Shown: positions 27,001 to 39,000 of the stretch, piece by piece
Position numbering within the stretch: the first letter of the stretch is position 1
How the letters are laid out: each line of letters opens with the position of its first letter
NCBI GenBank assembly: GCA_022703585.1
Contig: JAKLDJ010000001.1
Coordinates: 374,891-438,890 of the forward strand
Length of the DNA: 64,000 bases
Direction: 5' to 3'
From: Candidatus Omnitrophota bacterium
Lineage (GTDB): Bacteria; Omnitrophota; Gorgyraeia; Zapsychrales; JAKLDJ01
Position numbers and translations under genes: made by a program
Notes under the pieces: model-generated
The model's input: only the letters and a program-made list of their open reading frames with translations
What the model was told of the DNA's origin: nothing
Databases searched by the model: none

Positions 27001-30000
27001 GTACGTATCACCAGGCCTGTTCACGCTGACGTATTGCACATCCGTGCCCCACTTTTCAAACATGTCAGAACGAAATGCATCCGTAAAACAAGCAAAGTTG
27101 AAACATACTTTTTCATTTGTCTCGCTTGGTGCTAAAGCAACGCTTGGATCCTGTAAGGCATCGGAGGCCGAGTGGCCGCTATAACCGATAATATTAATAC
27201 TATCTTCTCCGGCCGCCCGATAAATACCTCCCTCAGGTAAACCTTCTTTGCGTTCCAAAGTATGGAAGTAAAATCTAAACGGCTGGTCGTTAATCGCTCC
27301 CGCGATCACCTGAGTGCCGCCGTTGTTGCTTACGCGCTGCAGTCCGATCTCACGCAGTGCGTCTGCAAAAATTCTCGCTTTGAATCCTTCTTGGAAAGTA
27401 AGGCTGCCTCTGATAACACCTTGGGGATTTGTTGCCGGGTCAAGCCACGCGTCATAAGGCAGATTATCCGGATTAAGTTTCGATAATTCTTGCTGCTTTT
27501 GGCTTCGGGAATTCTCAAATTGATCCAGGGTACGAGCATAAAGTTCTGTTTGTTCCGGCGAGATCATCGGGGCGGCCGGCGTTTCGGACGCCAGTGCTTT
27601 TCCAGTATCCGGGCTTTGAACCACAAATTCTGTGGTCGGCCGCGAGGAAAGTTGTTCCGGGCCGCGGGAATTCGCGCGCAGATTCGTGTCGGACATGAGT
27701 AAAGCGCTCGACGTCAATCCGATCGTTAAAGCGATCGTAGCCGCTTTGCTCGCGGCCGAGCTTCTTAATTTATCCATCGCCCGGCTTACAAAATCTCTTG
27801 TTTGTGCCGGCGCTGGCTTAGGAGATTTCACTAATTGAAGCGGCGCGGGGGCCGGGGCTTCAGGTGCCGCGGCCGGTGTTACGGGTTCGGCTAATACGGG
27901 TGTTGCCGGAGCTTCAGAAACTCCAGACACCTCAGCTAATGCCGGCGTCACAGCTCTCGACGCTCGACGCTGGGATAAAATCTCCATACGCTGATCGCGG
28001 CTGCGATTTGCTAAAGAGCTATCTCCCATTTCTGTTGCCAGGCGCTGGGCTGTTCTAAATGACTGGCTGGCAGAAGATAACTCGCCTGCTGCTCTTTGCG
28101 ATTCCCCTAATCTAAAATGATCCTGGGCGGTTAAAGTTGGTTGCGCGAGTTCGGGTGCTACTGTTTCAGCAGAACCGGCTTTAGCCACAAGCGGTACTGC
28201 ATTTTGTAATGATATACTTTCTCCTCTTTGAAGAGCAGCAACGTATTGATGTAAGAATTGAGCATCAGGAAGAAGGAAATTATTGAGTATTTGATCGCCA
28301 AGCATTCCACTGACTATTCTGACAATTTCGCCTGGAGTTGCATTTGGTTTATTCTTTACCACTCCTTTTATAATAAAATCAATATGGCTTAAATCTTTTG
28401 CCGGAATATGTTCTTGAAATGCGGACCTCAATAATCCTAATTCCCTTGTGGTGGGCGTAGAAAATTCTACGGTTTCAGCCGGCCTGGAAAGTTCTGTCCC
28501 GATTGCCATGGTGTCAGCGGGTCTGGCTAAATCGGATGCGGCCGGAACTTCGGCTGCAGGCCGTGCCGCAGGCTTGGCTAATTCGGATACTGCCGGTGCT
28601 TCGACACCGGGCAAATTAAATAAGACATCACCCGTTTGGGAATCAACAATCTGCATCGCGGGGCGAGATACGGGTGAAGATTCAGATGCGCGAACTGTAG
28701 ACATGGCCGGGGCTTCAGTCGCCCCCTCTTTTTCCGCCCTTTGATAACTTTCCCGGGCCATTCGGGACATTTCTGCTAGTGCCGATTGAGTTAGCCCTTG
28801 AAGATTTTCTCTGGACCGAACTCCTTCTAATCCGTTGAGGCCTTCCTGGGCAGTCGCGATATCTCCAAGGAGCCTACCTTGATGAGATTCTAAAATAGGT
28901 TGTTCGCCGGTAACACGGGCTTGGGTTAAAGCCATGTCGGCATAGGCATCCTGGGCAGCTCGGTCAGATTTTGCGAGTGCATCGGCGGCACGGGTTTCGG
29001 CACGGACAGCCTGATGAGTACCTTGATTCCTGGTGGTGGCATCCGTTGCCCGGGCAGAGGCCCTGGCGGCAACAGCTTGTCTGCGGGAGAGTGTTTGGTC
29101 AGCGCTGGTGCTGGCTTTTTGAGTTCTGGCTAATTCAGCGGCATTGGTTGCTAAGGCAGATTCAACACTGCCTAAGGTATCCTGACCAGCTTGAAGATCC
29201 TGAGTTAAAGAAGCACGTTCGGCATCTAAAGATTCCTGAGGACGGGCCACTTGAGATAAATAATCCGCGGCCTCGGCTAATCGTCTTTGAGCATCTCTTG
29301 TTGACGGTAAATTTCCTGCTTCTGCTACTGTCGCTTTCGCTAATTCCAATGCCTGCGCGCGTGCCTGTTCGGCTAATCCTTGATAAGCCTCTCTTGATCT
29401 TACGCCATCTAATGCCCTTAAGCCTTGTTGGGCAGTTGCGATATCGCCTAAGAGCCTGGCCCTTTGGGCTTCCAGGACAGATTGTTCGCCGGTAACACGG
29501 GCTTGGGTTAAAGCCATATCTGCATAGGCATCCTGGGCGGCTCGGTCAGATTTTGCGAGTGCATCGGCGGCACGGGTTTCGGCACGGACAGCCTGATGAG
29601 TACCTTGATTCCTGGTTGCGGCATCGGTTGCCCGGACAGAAGCCCTGTCGGCAACAGCTTGTCTGCGGGATAATGTCTGGTCAGCGCTGGTGCTGATTCT
29701 TTGAGTTCTGGCTAATTCAGCGGCATTGGTTGCTAAGGCAGATTCAACACTGCCTAAGGTATCCTGACCAGCTTGAAGATCCTGAGTTAAAGAAGCACGT
29801 TCGGCATCTAAAGATTCCTGAGGACGGGCAGTCGGAGATAAAAGATCTGCTGACTCGGATAAATGTCTATAGGCCTCTAATGTTGACGGTAATCTTCCTG
29901 CCTCTGCGTCCCTTACTGTCGCCTCGGCTAATTGTAATGCCTGAGCGCGCGCATCGGCAGCTGCTTGCTGATAATGTTCTCTTGATCTTACGCCGTCTAG

Positions 30001-33000
30001 TGCTCTTAAGCCTTGCTGGGCAGTTGCGATATCGCCTAAGAGTCTGGCTTTCTGGGATTCCAGAACAGGTTGTTCGCCGGTAACACGGGCTTGGGTTAAA
30101 GCCATGTCGGCATAGGCATCCTGGGCGGCTTGGTCAGATTTTGCGAGTGCATCGGCGGCACGGGTTTCAGCACGAACAGCCTGATGAGTGCCTTGATTTC
30201 TGGTTGTAGCATCCGCTGCCCGGGCAGAGGCTCTGTCGGCAACGGCTTGTCTGCGGGATAATGTCTGGTCAGCGCTGGTGCTGGCTCTTTGAGTTCTGGC
30301 TAATTCAGCGGCATTGGTTGCTAAGGCAGTTTCAACACTGCCTAAGGTATGCTGGGCGGCTTCGAGATCCTGGGTTAAGGAAACACGCTCAGCGGCTAAA
30401 GATTCTTGGGGACGGGCAGTTTCGGATAAGGACGTATTAATTCTTTCAAGAATATTATTCGCTGTAATAAGTGTGCTGCGACGAGCAACTTCTGCGCTCG
30501 GCGATGCCGCTGGCTGGCTAAGTTCGCTAACTGTCGCCTCGGCTAATGCTAACGTCTGCGCACGCGCATCGGCAGCTGCTTGCTGATAATGTTCTCTTGA
30601 TCTTACGCCGTCTATTGCTCTTAAGCCTTGCTGGGCAGTTGCGATATCGCCTAAGAGCCTGGCCCTTTGGGCTTCCAGGACAGATTGTTCGCCGGTAACA
30701 CGGGCTCCAGTCAACGCCATGTCGGCATAGGCATCCTGGGCGGCTCGGTCAGATTTTGCGAGTGCATCGGCGGCACGGGTTTCAGCACGAACAGCCTGAT
30801 GAGTACCTTGATTCCTGGTGGTAGCATCCGCTGCCCGGGCAGAGGCCCTGTCGGCAACGGCTTGTCTGCGGGAGAGTGTTTGGTCGGCGCTGGTGCTGAT
30901 TTTTTGAGCTCTAGCTAATTCAGCGGCATTGGTTGCTAAGGCAGATTCAACACTGCCTAAGGTATGCTGGGCGGCTTCGAGATCCTGGGTTAAGGAAACA
31001 CGCTCAGCGGCTAAAGATTCTTGGGGACGGGCGGTTTCGGATAAGAGGGTGTTGACATTATCGATTAAATTGGTGGCTTGGAGTCGAACTTTACGAAGGG
31101 CGGAAATTCTTTCTGCTATTTCCGCTGAAGGCGGCGCCCTTGTTTCAGATGAGCCGAGAGATGATGCTTCCTGGGGTATCGCTCCTTCCGCAGGCGTTAC
31201 CCTTTCCGCGGAAGGTGATGGGGCCGGCGTTGGAATTGCTCTAAGAGCCTGCTCACCGGCCAGCGCTAATCCCGCGGCCCTTGCAAGATTATGCCCGGCA
31301 GCGGCTAAATCACCGGCTTGCGCTCTCTGTCCCGCGCGGGCAAGGGAAGTTTTGGTTAAAGCCTCGATCCTGTCTGCTCTGGCGGTCGGGTCACCACCGG
31401 TTGTCGGACTATCAATATCAGTCCGCAGACGGTCACCGCTATTGCCTGAATCCGGGCGAGAATCAATCCTCTTTTCCACCCCGCCCATACCCCCGGCATT
31501 TGGTAATAAAAGAACTGATCGCCAAAGGGCGCGATCCCCGGCTTTTGTTTTAAGTTGATTCGCCATTGCTTCCGGTATATCTTCTACCTCTATGCCTTGT
31601 TTGGCGGCATAACTCCTACTTAAAACCTTGTACTCCGCCGCAGTTAACAGATCATTTAAACCAAGGAACGCCGCCAAACTGTCGGCCTTGGCAATTTGTT
31701 TTCCGAACGTCCGATGTACAAATGATATGTACTCACCCGTTTTAGCTGTTTTTCCAATCAAATCAGCCGGAGAGAAAGAAAAGAAACCTTGGCCTTCCCT
31801 CTTTTTATCAATACCTTTCTTAACCCCTCTACCTAATAACGAAGCCCAACCAAGTATCCCTTTCTCTCCTGCCGCAAGCCTCCCGGCCGGTGCGATTGCC
31901 TGGGGCATGGTGACACCAAGCACAGGGCCCAAGAAAGGACCGCTTTCAAAACCTCCGGCAATAGAACCTAAAACTGTTTGGCCGACAAAAAATTCTGCTT
32001 TTCTTCGGAGCAAATCATCCCCTTCATATTGCGGCAAATTACCGGTCAATAAATTCTTGATACCGTTAAAACCAAGTTTTGAGCCTTCCCATATTAACCC
32101 AGCCTCGGCAAATCCGATAGCGCCGCTTGCCATAGACGAGGTTAGCGTAAACGGCTTCATCTCTCCCAAGTTTTTTACGCCGCCTGCCAGATATCCCTTA
32201 ACCGAGCCTTTTCCCAACAAGATCGCGCTAAGAGCAATACCACTTACAAGTAACAAACCGCCTTCGGCAGAAAAAGGTGATATTAATTTCTTTTCTTTAT
32301 AACTCCCATAAGCCCAGGCGGCCGCACCCCCAGCTGTCCACCGACCAGCTACGTTTCTTACGGTAGTAAAGGTTTTTTGATTTGCTACATTGTTTGTCAT
32401 TTGATCAAGATACTTGCCTACAAAATGCGGATTCTTGGGATTGGGATCAGTATTAAGCTTTGTTATCCCTCTAAATGCCAAAAGCCCTGCAGAAATCTCG
32501 GCCCCTGCTATCGCTCCGCCCTTACCGCGTGAAAGAGCGTGTCCCCAAGTTCTTTCATTCGTTGGGTCCCCAAGTTCGTTGGCTGCTTGAAAAACCCCTA
32601 GAGAAATTGCAGAAACACCCACGCTACCAAAAGCCTGTTTGACAGATAAGCTTGACGCAAATATAGGACGAAGGCCAAACATGAAACCCGTATAAACTGC
32701 CGCTGCTTTAATGGCGCCTTTTAAGAAAGCCGCGCTATAGTCGGGACGCAGATTAACTCCTCCTGGCCCTGCAGTCCGCGACTTAATCTTTTCGGCTATC
32801 CCACCACCAACAGAACCTACGACGATTGCTCCGCCTAAACCTATGAGATGCGGGCGTATACCTTTCATCGAACCCATAAATCCCTTAGCATATAGATTTG
32901 CGGTGTTCATCGGTAAGCTTGCCATTCTACCGAGAGTTAAGATCCCCAAGGACGATGTCACAGCGCGAATATTGTCTTCAAACGATAGGGGCTTACCGGT

Positions 33001-36000
33001 AACTCCCAACGAAATCGCGTTGCCCGCCGCAAGAGAGAACACCGATGTCTTAACAGCAGCCCTGGTAAAAGACGCCCCGGGAACTTCCGCTGCGTTTACC
33101 CTCGCGAGAGCTTTTGCAGCAGCCAAGGTAATCCGCTGGTTGGCGTTTAGTTGTTGGGCGGCGGTTGCAGCCAATTCTGCCTCTGCTGTTTTTGCAGCAG
33201 CTCTTGCAGCAACTTGCGCGGCTTCTCGGGCGGCTACTTCAGTCCCTTCCACCGCTGCTGTTTTCGCAACGGCTTCTGCAGCTTCTGTCCCCGCAGCCTT
33301 TGCGCCAGCTTTGACCGCTGCCGACACCCCTAATTTCACGCCCTCTTTCACCCCAAAACCTACGAGCTTAAACACAGGAATTAGCGAAATGGCATCTACT
33401 GTACCGCTAAAATTCTCCATCCTCCCGGAAAACTTGGCCATAATCGCTTCGTTCTTTATAAACGAGTCATATCTTAAAGGCCCGCCGAAGCCGACAACAT
33501 TTCCGTAAGAATCCGTTTCTTCTCTGGCTAAAAATCCCAACCCCTTATGAATAACATCCTGGTCAAGGACTATCCCCGTGTCTCTACCTCCATTGAACCC
33601 CAAGGCAAAATAGTCGCCCGAACGATAGCTTCCATCAATGCCGTCAAAGAGGCCGGAGCTGACCTTTTGGCCACTTTGATCTTCTATCGCAATATCGCCG
33701 CCGGAATACACATCCGCAGAAAACGCAAGGTCTCCTTGCGGGCCTAAACCGATTTTGGCAAGGCCGGGCGCTACGGCCTTACCAAGTTTAGTCAATATAT
33801 TCTTTTCTTCTCCGCCCAATCGTATGGTTCCGAGAAACTGCGATTTGTCAACCCGTCTCCACAAACCGTTGCTCTTGCCGTCCTCCCCTACTTCCTGGAG
33901 CATGACATCATTATCGCCCCTGCCGCCGTCCGGTTTTCCCATATTAAATTTTCCGGCGGCAAAAAGCGCCCGGTCAAAGTATCCCTGAGGCGCTTCTTGT
34001 TCTTCTGTCCTATCCGCCCAATGTTCTTTGGGCACATAGCCTTCAGCGCCATCGGCTGAACGAACCCTGACATATTCGGACATTTTGGCTTTAACGCCAT
34101 CAAGGAACTCTTTTGCTTCGGGAGTCGTGGGCATAACGGCAAATTGGCCGTTACTATCGGGACGGAAGAAAATTAATCCTCCTTCTTCTCTTATAGCCTG
34201 CCCGGCATCCTGGACACCCGTGCCGAAAACCGTGGTCTTCGCATCACCTAAGGTCGAAACAAACTGATGTTGTTTGGCGGCAGGATTAAAGCCGTACCAA
34301 GTCAGCGCCGTAGTCGAGCCGTTCCCCAAGGTAACCCTTATGCGTTTGGCAGAAACATCTCCCTTGTTAACCCTGGTCACTTGGGGCGTAAAGTCCGAGT
34401 CGCTATCCTCTTGACCGGCAGTATTATCGGCAGGACCTATCTCACTGCCTGTCGCTACATGTGTCTTGTGATAAACCGCGCCCAGCGTTCTGTAGGAAGA
34501 TGGCAAATTGACCGCCCCTTCACTAAATATAAACGCGAGCCGGCCGTCTTTGCTTGTCCAACCTTCGCCGTAACCGCCTTGAGTAGAAGCCGTATCGCGA
34601 TTATTCCGGTCACCGGTCAATATTGTTCCGCCGTGGACAAAAAACGGCTGTTCGCCGGGATTAAGCCTTGACGGGACAACGCCATTGAATTCAAAATCTT
34701 GCGTAAATTCGACGGTCCCGGAAAAACTAAGCGGGGTTCCGATTTCGCCGTGGGTCCAGGTGGCATGGTTGCGTGCGGCTTCGTAGGCGCCGGGACCTAT
34801 TTCCACATCAAAGTCAACAGGTTCAGACAGTGCGCTAGCGGTCGTGATGCCGGTCCTTAAGAGGGCAGGGTTTACCGAGAGACTGCTTGGCTGTGCGACT
34901 GCGAAAGGAATTTCAGGTCTTTCTGCAGTAACTATAACTTCGGGCTGCATTTGGGGTTGCAATAACCCGGCGTTATCGGCAATCCCAAATCCACCATCAA
35001 GGAAAGATCTGCCCGCGCCGGTTGCGTTGTTTCTCCAGGCCATACCGCGTATAACATCAAGGCCGAATAATTTCCGTCGGCCTTGATCGTCAACCCACAC
35101 ACCCGCTGAGGTCAGCTGGGCGGCGTCGCTGTCCGTGCGATAGAGCCCAATCCTGATTTGCCCAGAATTATCGCCATAGTCGGAATTAAGAGGAATTGTG
35201 TTTCCGCTGGCCGGGTCAAATCTTCCGTCAGCATTTTCGCCGCCATCGGCACCTCTTCCAAGTTCATAATAGCTGTCAGGGCCCCCGCCTGCAGCGTTAA
35301 AAGTACCGTTTAATACCATGACCGTACCGCCTTTTCCGTCGGAAACAGGAACACCCAGGGCGTAAACTCCTCTTGACTCCCGCTTACCATCTCTCAGCTC
35401 ACCTTTTATCCTATCAAGCGCATCTCTTTCGTTTTGGGGTGCATTGGGGCCAAGCTGGCGATCAAGTATCTCTCTTTTTGCACTCTCACCGAACGAAGCA
35501 ACCGCCCATTGATCCGGGTTTATGCCACTTCCTACCGGCGGAGGATTGACCACAGCGGTTTCACTGGGAGGTTCAACAGGCATTTTCTCGCCCCCGGAAT
35601 TTCCCGGGAGAACATTGACTAAGTCCCGGCTATCTGTACCATCGGGCTTGGTACCGGCAGCAATGTGGCTTTTAGCAAAACTGCCATCAGCAGCCGGAAT
35701 AAATTCTCCGGCATAAACATCAATAGCGCCGTTAGCGCCTGTTGCCGTCGCCCTCACTTCGGCCGTGGCGCCGTTGAGATTCAGGTCGGAATAATTGGAC
35801 GTCCGGTCTTGGAATAACCCTTTGGTGGCGACAATCGTTAATGTTTTTTCCTGGTTGATGACTTGGATGCTTTCTGTTCCGTCCGGAGCTACGACGATTT
35901 GCGTTTTGGACGTATCAACAAAATGAGGATTTGTATATTTATAAACATACTGTTGTTTGCCGTCTAAGAAATAACCGAAACGGTGAAAAGGAATGCTGTC

Positions 36001-39000
36001 TTTATTCAAGGTTAGCTGGGAATCCGTCCCGTCATGTACATACATGCCCTGGCCCCGGATATAATCCACGCCGCCGTTCGCAAAAATCCCCAATGAACGC
36101 GTTGGCGTGTTGACAAGAGTGAGTTGCGGGCTTTGTTTGTCCCCGGAATAATAATAGCGGGTGTTATCCGTGATCGGGTTCATGCTCGCAACCCCTGTGC
36201 CCACCGCCGACAACAGGTCTACCGAATAAGGTGCGTATTGTTCGCCGGCAGCCTCAACTTCCCCTGTGTCAATAAGATTCCCTTGTTGGTCAAATATTGG
36301 TTTCTCTTCGGATTTATCTTGGGTTCCATCAGCTTTCGCGAAAAACCAGGGTTGCGCCTGGCCCGTAGCCAAATTCATCCTGTATGTAGGCGCCCCGGAA
36401 ATAGTGACAACCCCTGAAACCTGCGGATTTTTATTTTCTCCTGCGGCTGACGCCGGGGCATTCTGATCCGCATCTTGAGTAATAACATCCAGAGGAAATC
36501 TGCTGATACCCGCAAGGCGCACCACAGGCCCGTTCTGGTCCCAGGCGAGTTTGTCCACTTTTTCTGTCGATAACATCCTCAAGGAACCGGGCACTTCCTG
36601 GCCATTCGCATCAACTGAATATTCTTTGGCTGAATTCGGAACATAGTGCAATTCGCCCCGGGAGTTTGCGGCCTTCGGATTTTCGATCTCGGTAGAAGAG
36701 TCGTATAAATCAATGGGCTTGCCGTCTCCCCGGACAATATCGGATTGAGTAAAACCGTCTAACCTGACTGAAGCTATGTAGGTCGACCCGCCGGACAATG
36801 AAGGAACTTCCGTAGGAGAATTTTCCCCTTCAAGAAATAGCGGACCTATGAATGACTCCCCGCCCGGCAACGGAGAAACTTCTCCGTAGGGTTGATGCTC
36901 ACTGGCAGGCCCTTCAGAGCCTGATTCTTTGGCCATGCTCTCATTAATGATTCTTGCCTGTTCTTTCGTAAGTTCCGCCGCTCTAACCATGGCCTCAAAA
37001 GCACGCCAGTTGACACTCATGGGTTTTGAACCATCTCCTTTTGGATAATAGCTGATACCCTGATCGTCAACGACAGCAATAGCGTCTTGAATTCCCCTAC
37101 CCGTATCGTTGGGAGCATAACCCAGACCGTTGTACCTGAACGTTCCCTTGTCTTCGAAAACTTTAAAATCACGGATAATTAAGCGGGGTGTTTTTCCCTG
37201 AATAGATTCTTCTGCAGTAAATATCTCGGCACCGCTGGGATTTGCAAGCGAGCCGAAAAGAAGTGTTCTATCAGCCACAGTCCCGTCACGGCCGATAACT
37301 TCTTTTGCTTTCTTTTCTCCGAATATTCTTATTGCGTTTTGAGTCTGCGTTTCTCTGGCCTGCAATTCTTCTTTTGTCTTTCCGGCTTGTTCACCACCGG
37401 CGCTATATCCCGCAACCGGAGCTATACCCGGAGTAGTGGATGAGATATTTGTATCGCCTGTCTCCGGGTTCGGGCTTTCGAGGGACGTTTCTGTCGTCAT
37501 GCCCGTCCCGACGTTCGCGTTCGATTGCGCTGCCGCATTCGTTATGGCATTGGCCGTTGTCTGAGAAGACGCGCCGGGTTCCGAAGCTGATGATGCCATG
37601 GTATTTGACGCAAGCGCCGTAGATGCATTGGTCGTTGCCGTTGAGGCATTGCCCCCCGCAGGCGGCATGCTGGGTGCGGATGAAATATTTCTGTTTACTG
37701 CTTCTCCCTTTTCATATTGAATAAACTGGCCTCTTCCGTAGAGAAGAAAAGTGTACTCATTCCCGCTATTCACATCGGTGGCTGTGTACCCTCCGTCAAC
37801 CACACCTTGGGCTGATTTTGTTTTGTCACCCTGGCGGAATTCCGAGTAGAGGCTGCCCCTTTTATTTCCCGCGCCTCCCAAGGCAGCCATGGCAAGATAG
37901 GATTTACTGGAATCGAGAGCGGCTTGAGTCGGCGCATACGCCGCAAGGGCTGCCATCAGGCCTGCTTTTGAGTAACCACCACTTGACTCATACGCCTCAT
38001 AAGCTTCCTGGAGTCCTTGCGCTTGCAATGCATCCATCTGCGCTTGCTGTTCCTGGTTAAGAGCCGTACTGCCCTTAACCAGAGTCCCCATCGCATCTAC
38101 CCCATCGGCAATGCGCCAAATACTGGCGCCGAATGCGGTCCTATCACCATTAACCATGACCGTCTGCCTGCTGTCGTTGGTGGGTGTTCCGAAATATTCA
38201 ACATCCCAGACGGTGGTGGCACCCCTTGATTTCCATCCCTGCCGGTAAAACAGCGTGGTCGGCGTCGCATCCTTGGCGAGGAGTTTGCCCTTGGCGTTGA
38301 CATCCATGGCCTGAGCAACAACCTGCCAACCAAGATTGACATTTTCCGAGCCCCCGGGGACATTCGCCAATCCGGAGATTAATTCATTGGTCAGATCAAC
38401 TGCCCTGTCGCTGCCCAGAGCATGCTTTGTAACTTCCGCTTCTTGCTCAGGGGTTAAACTGGCACCCACGGTTCTGCGGACCTTCGCGGGCAGGAAAACC
38501 AACCCGACCCCGCCGACATTAGCAAGATTCCACTCCACGGCCTCTTCAGTTTTTCCTGTTAAATTGGCCACGTCCTGATCCAGTGCTGCCTGGACATTAG
38601 CGACTGCCGACCCTTCTCCTTTGGCTACTTTTAAGAAGCGCATTAATTCGGCGTTGCCCTGATAAGAATCACTCTTGCCCTTTTCTGCCACTTTGGACAA
38701 ACTTAAATCGTTAAAAATCGCGATTTCTCCGTTAGATACGATCGTCTCACCGGTAACCCGATAGGTGCTGATAAATTTATCCGCAATGAATTCGTCGGTT
38801 GTTTCGTTTCTTCCGTGCTGGCCGGAAATATTCTGAGCTACTCCATTCTTGAATTTGACTTGTGAATTCCACTGCCAATGAGTAATATTGCCCTTGGAAT
38901 CTGTGAGGGGGTTGCGTGTTTTACTATCAGTCTCGGGAGATTTTTTGTAACTGAATCTCGCCATCAAAGGACTTTTCTCGTTTTCAAACCCGCCGGCAAC

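Noticed and set aside
28750-31050. Regularly spaced direct repeats that could superficially suggest a CRISPR-like array.
   Set aside because: The units are about 585-615 bp with no short spacers. They lie in frame inside a protein-coding sequence and encode helical protein repeats, so this is not a CRISPR array.
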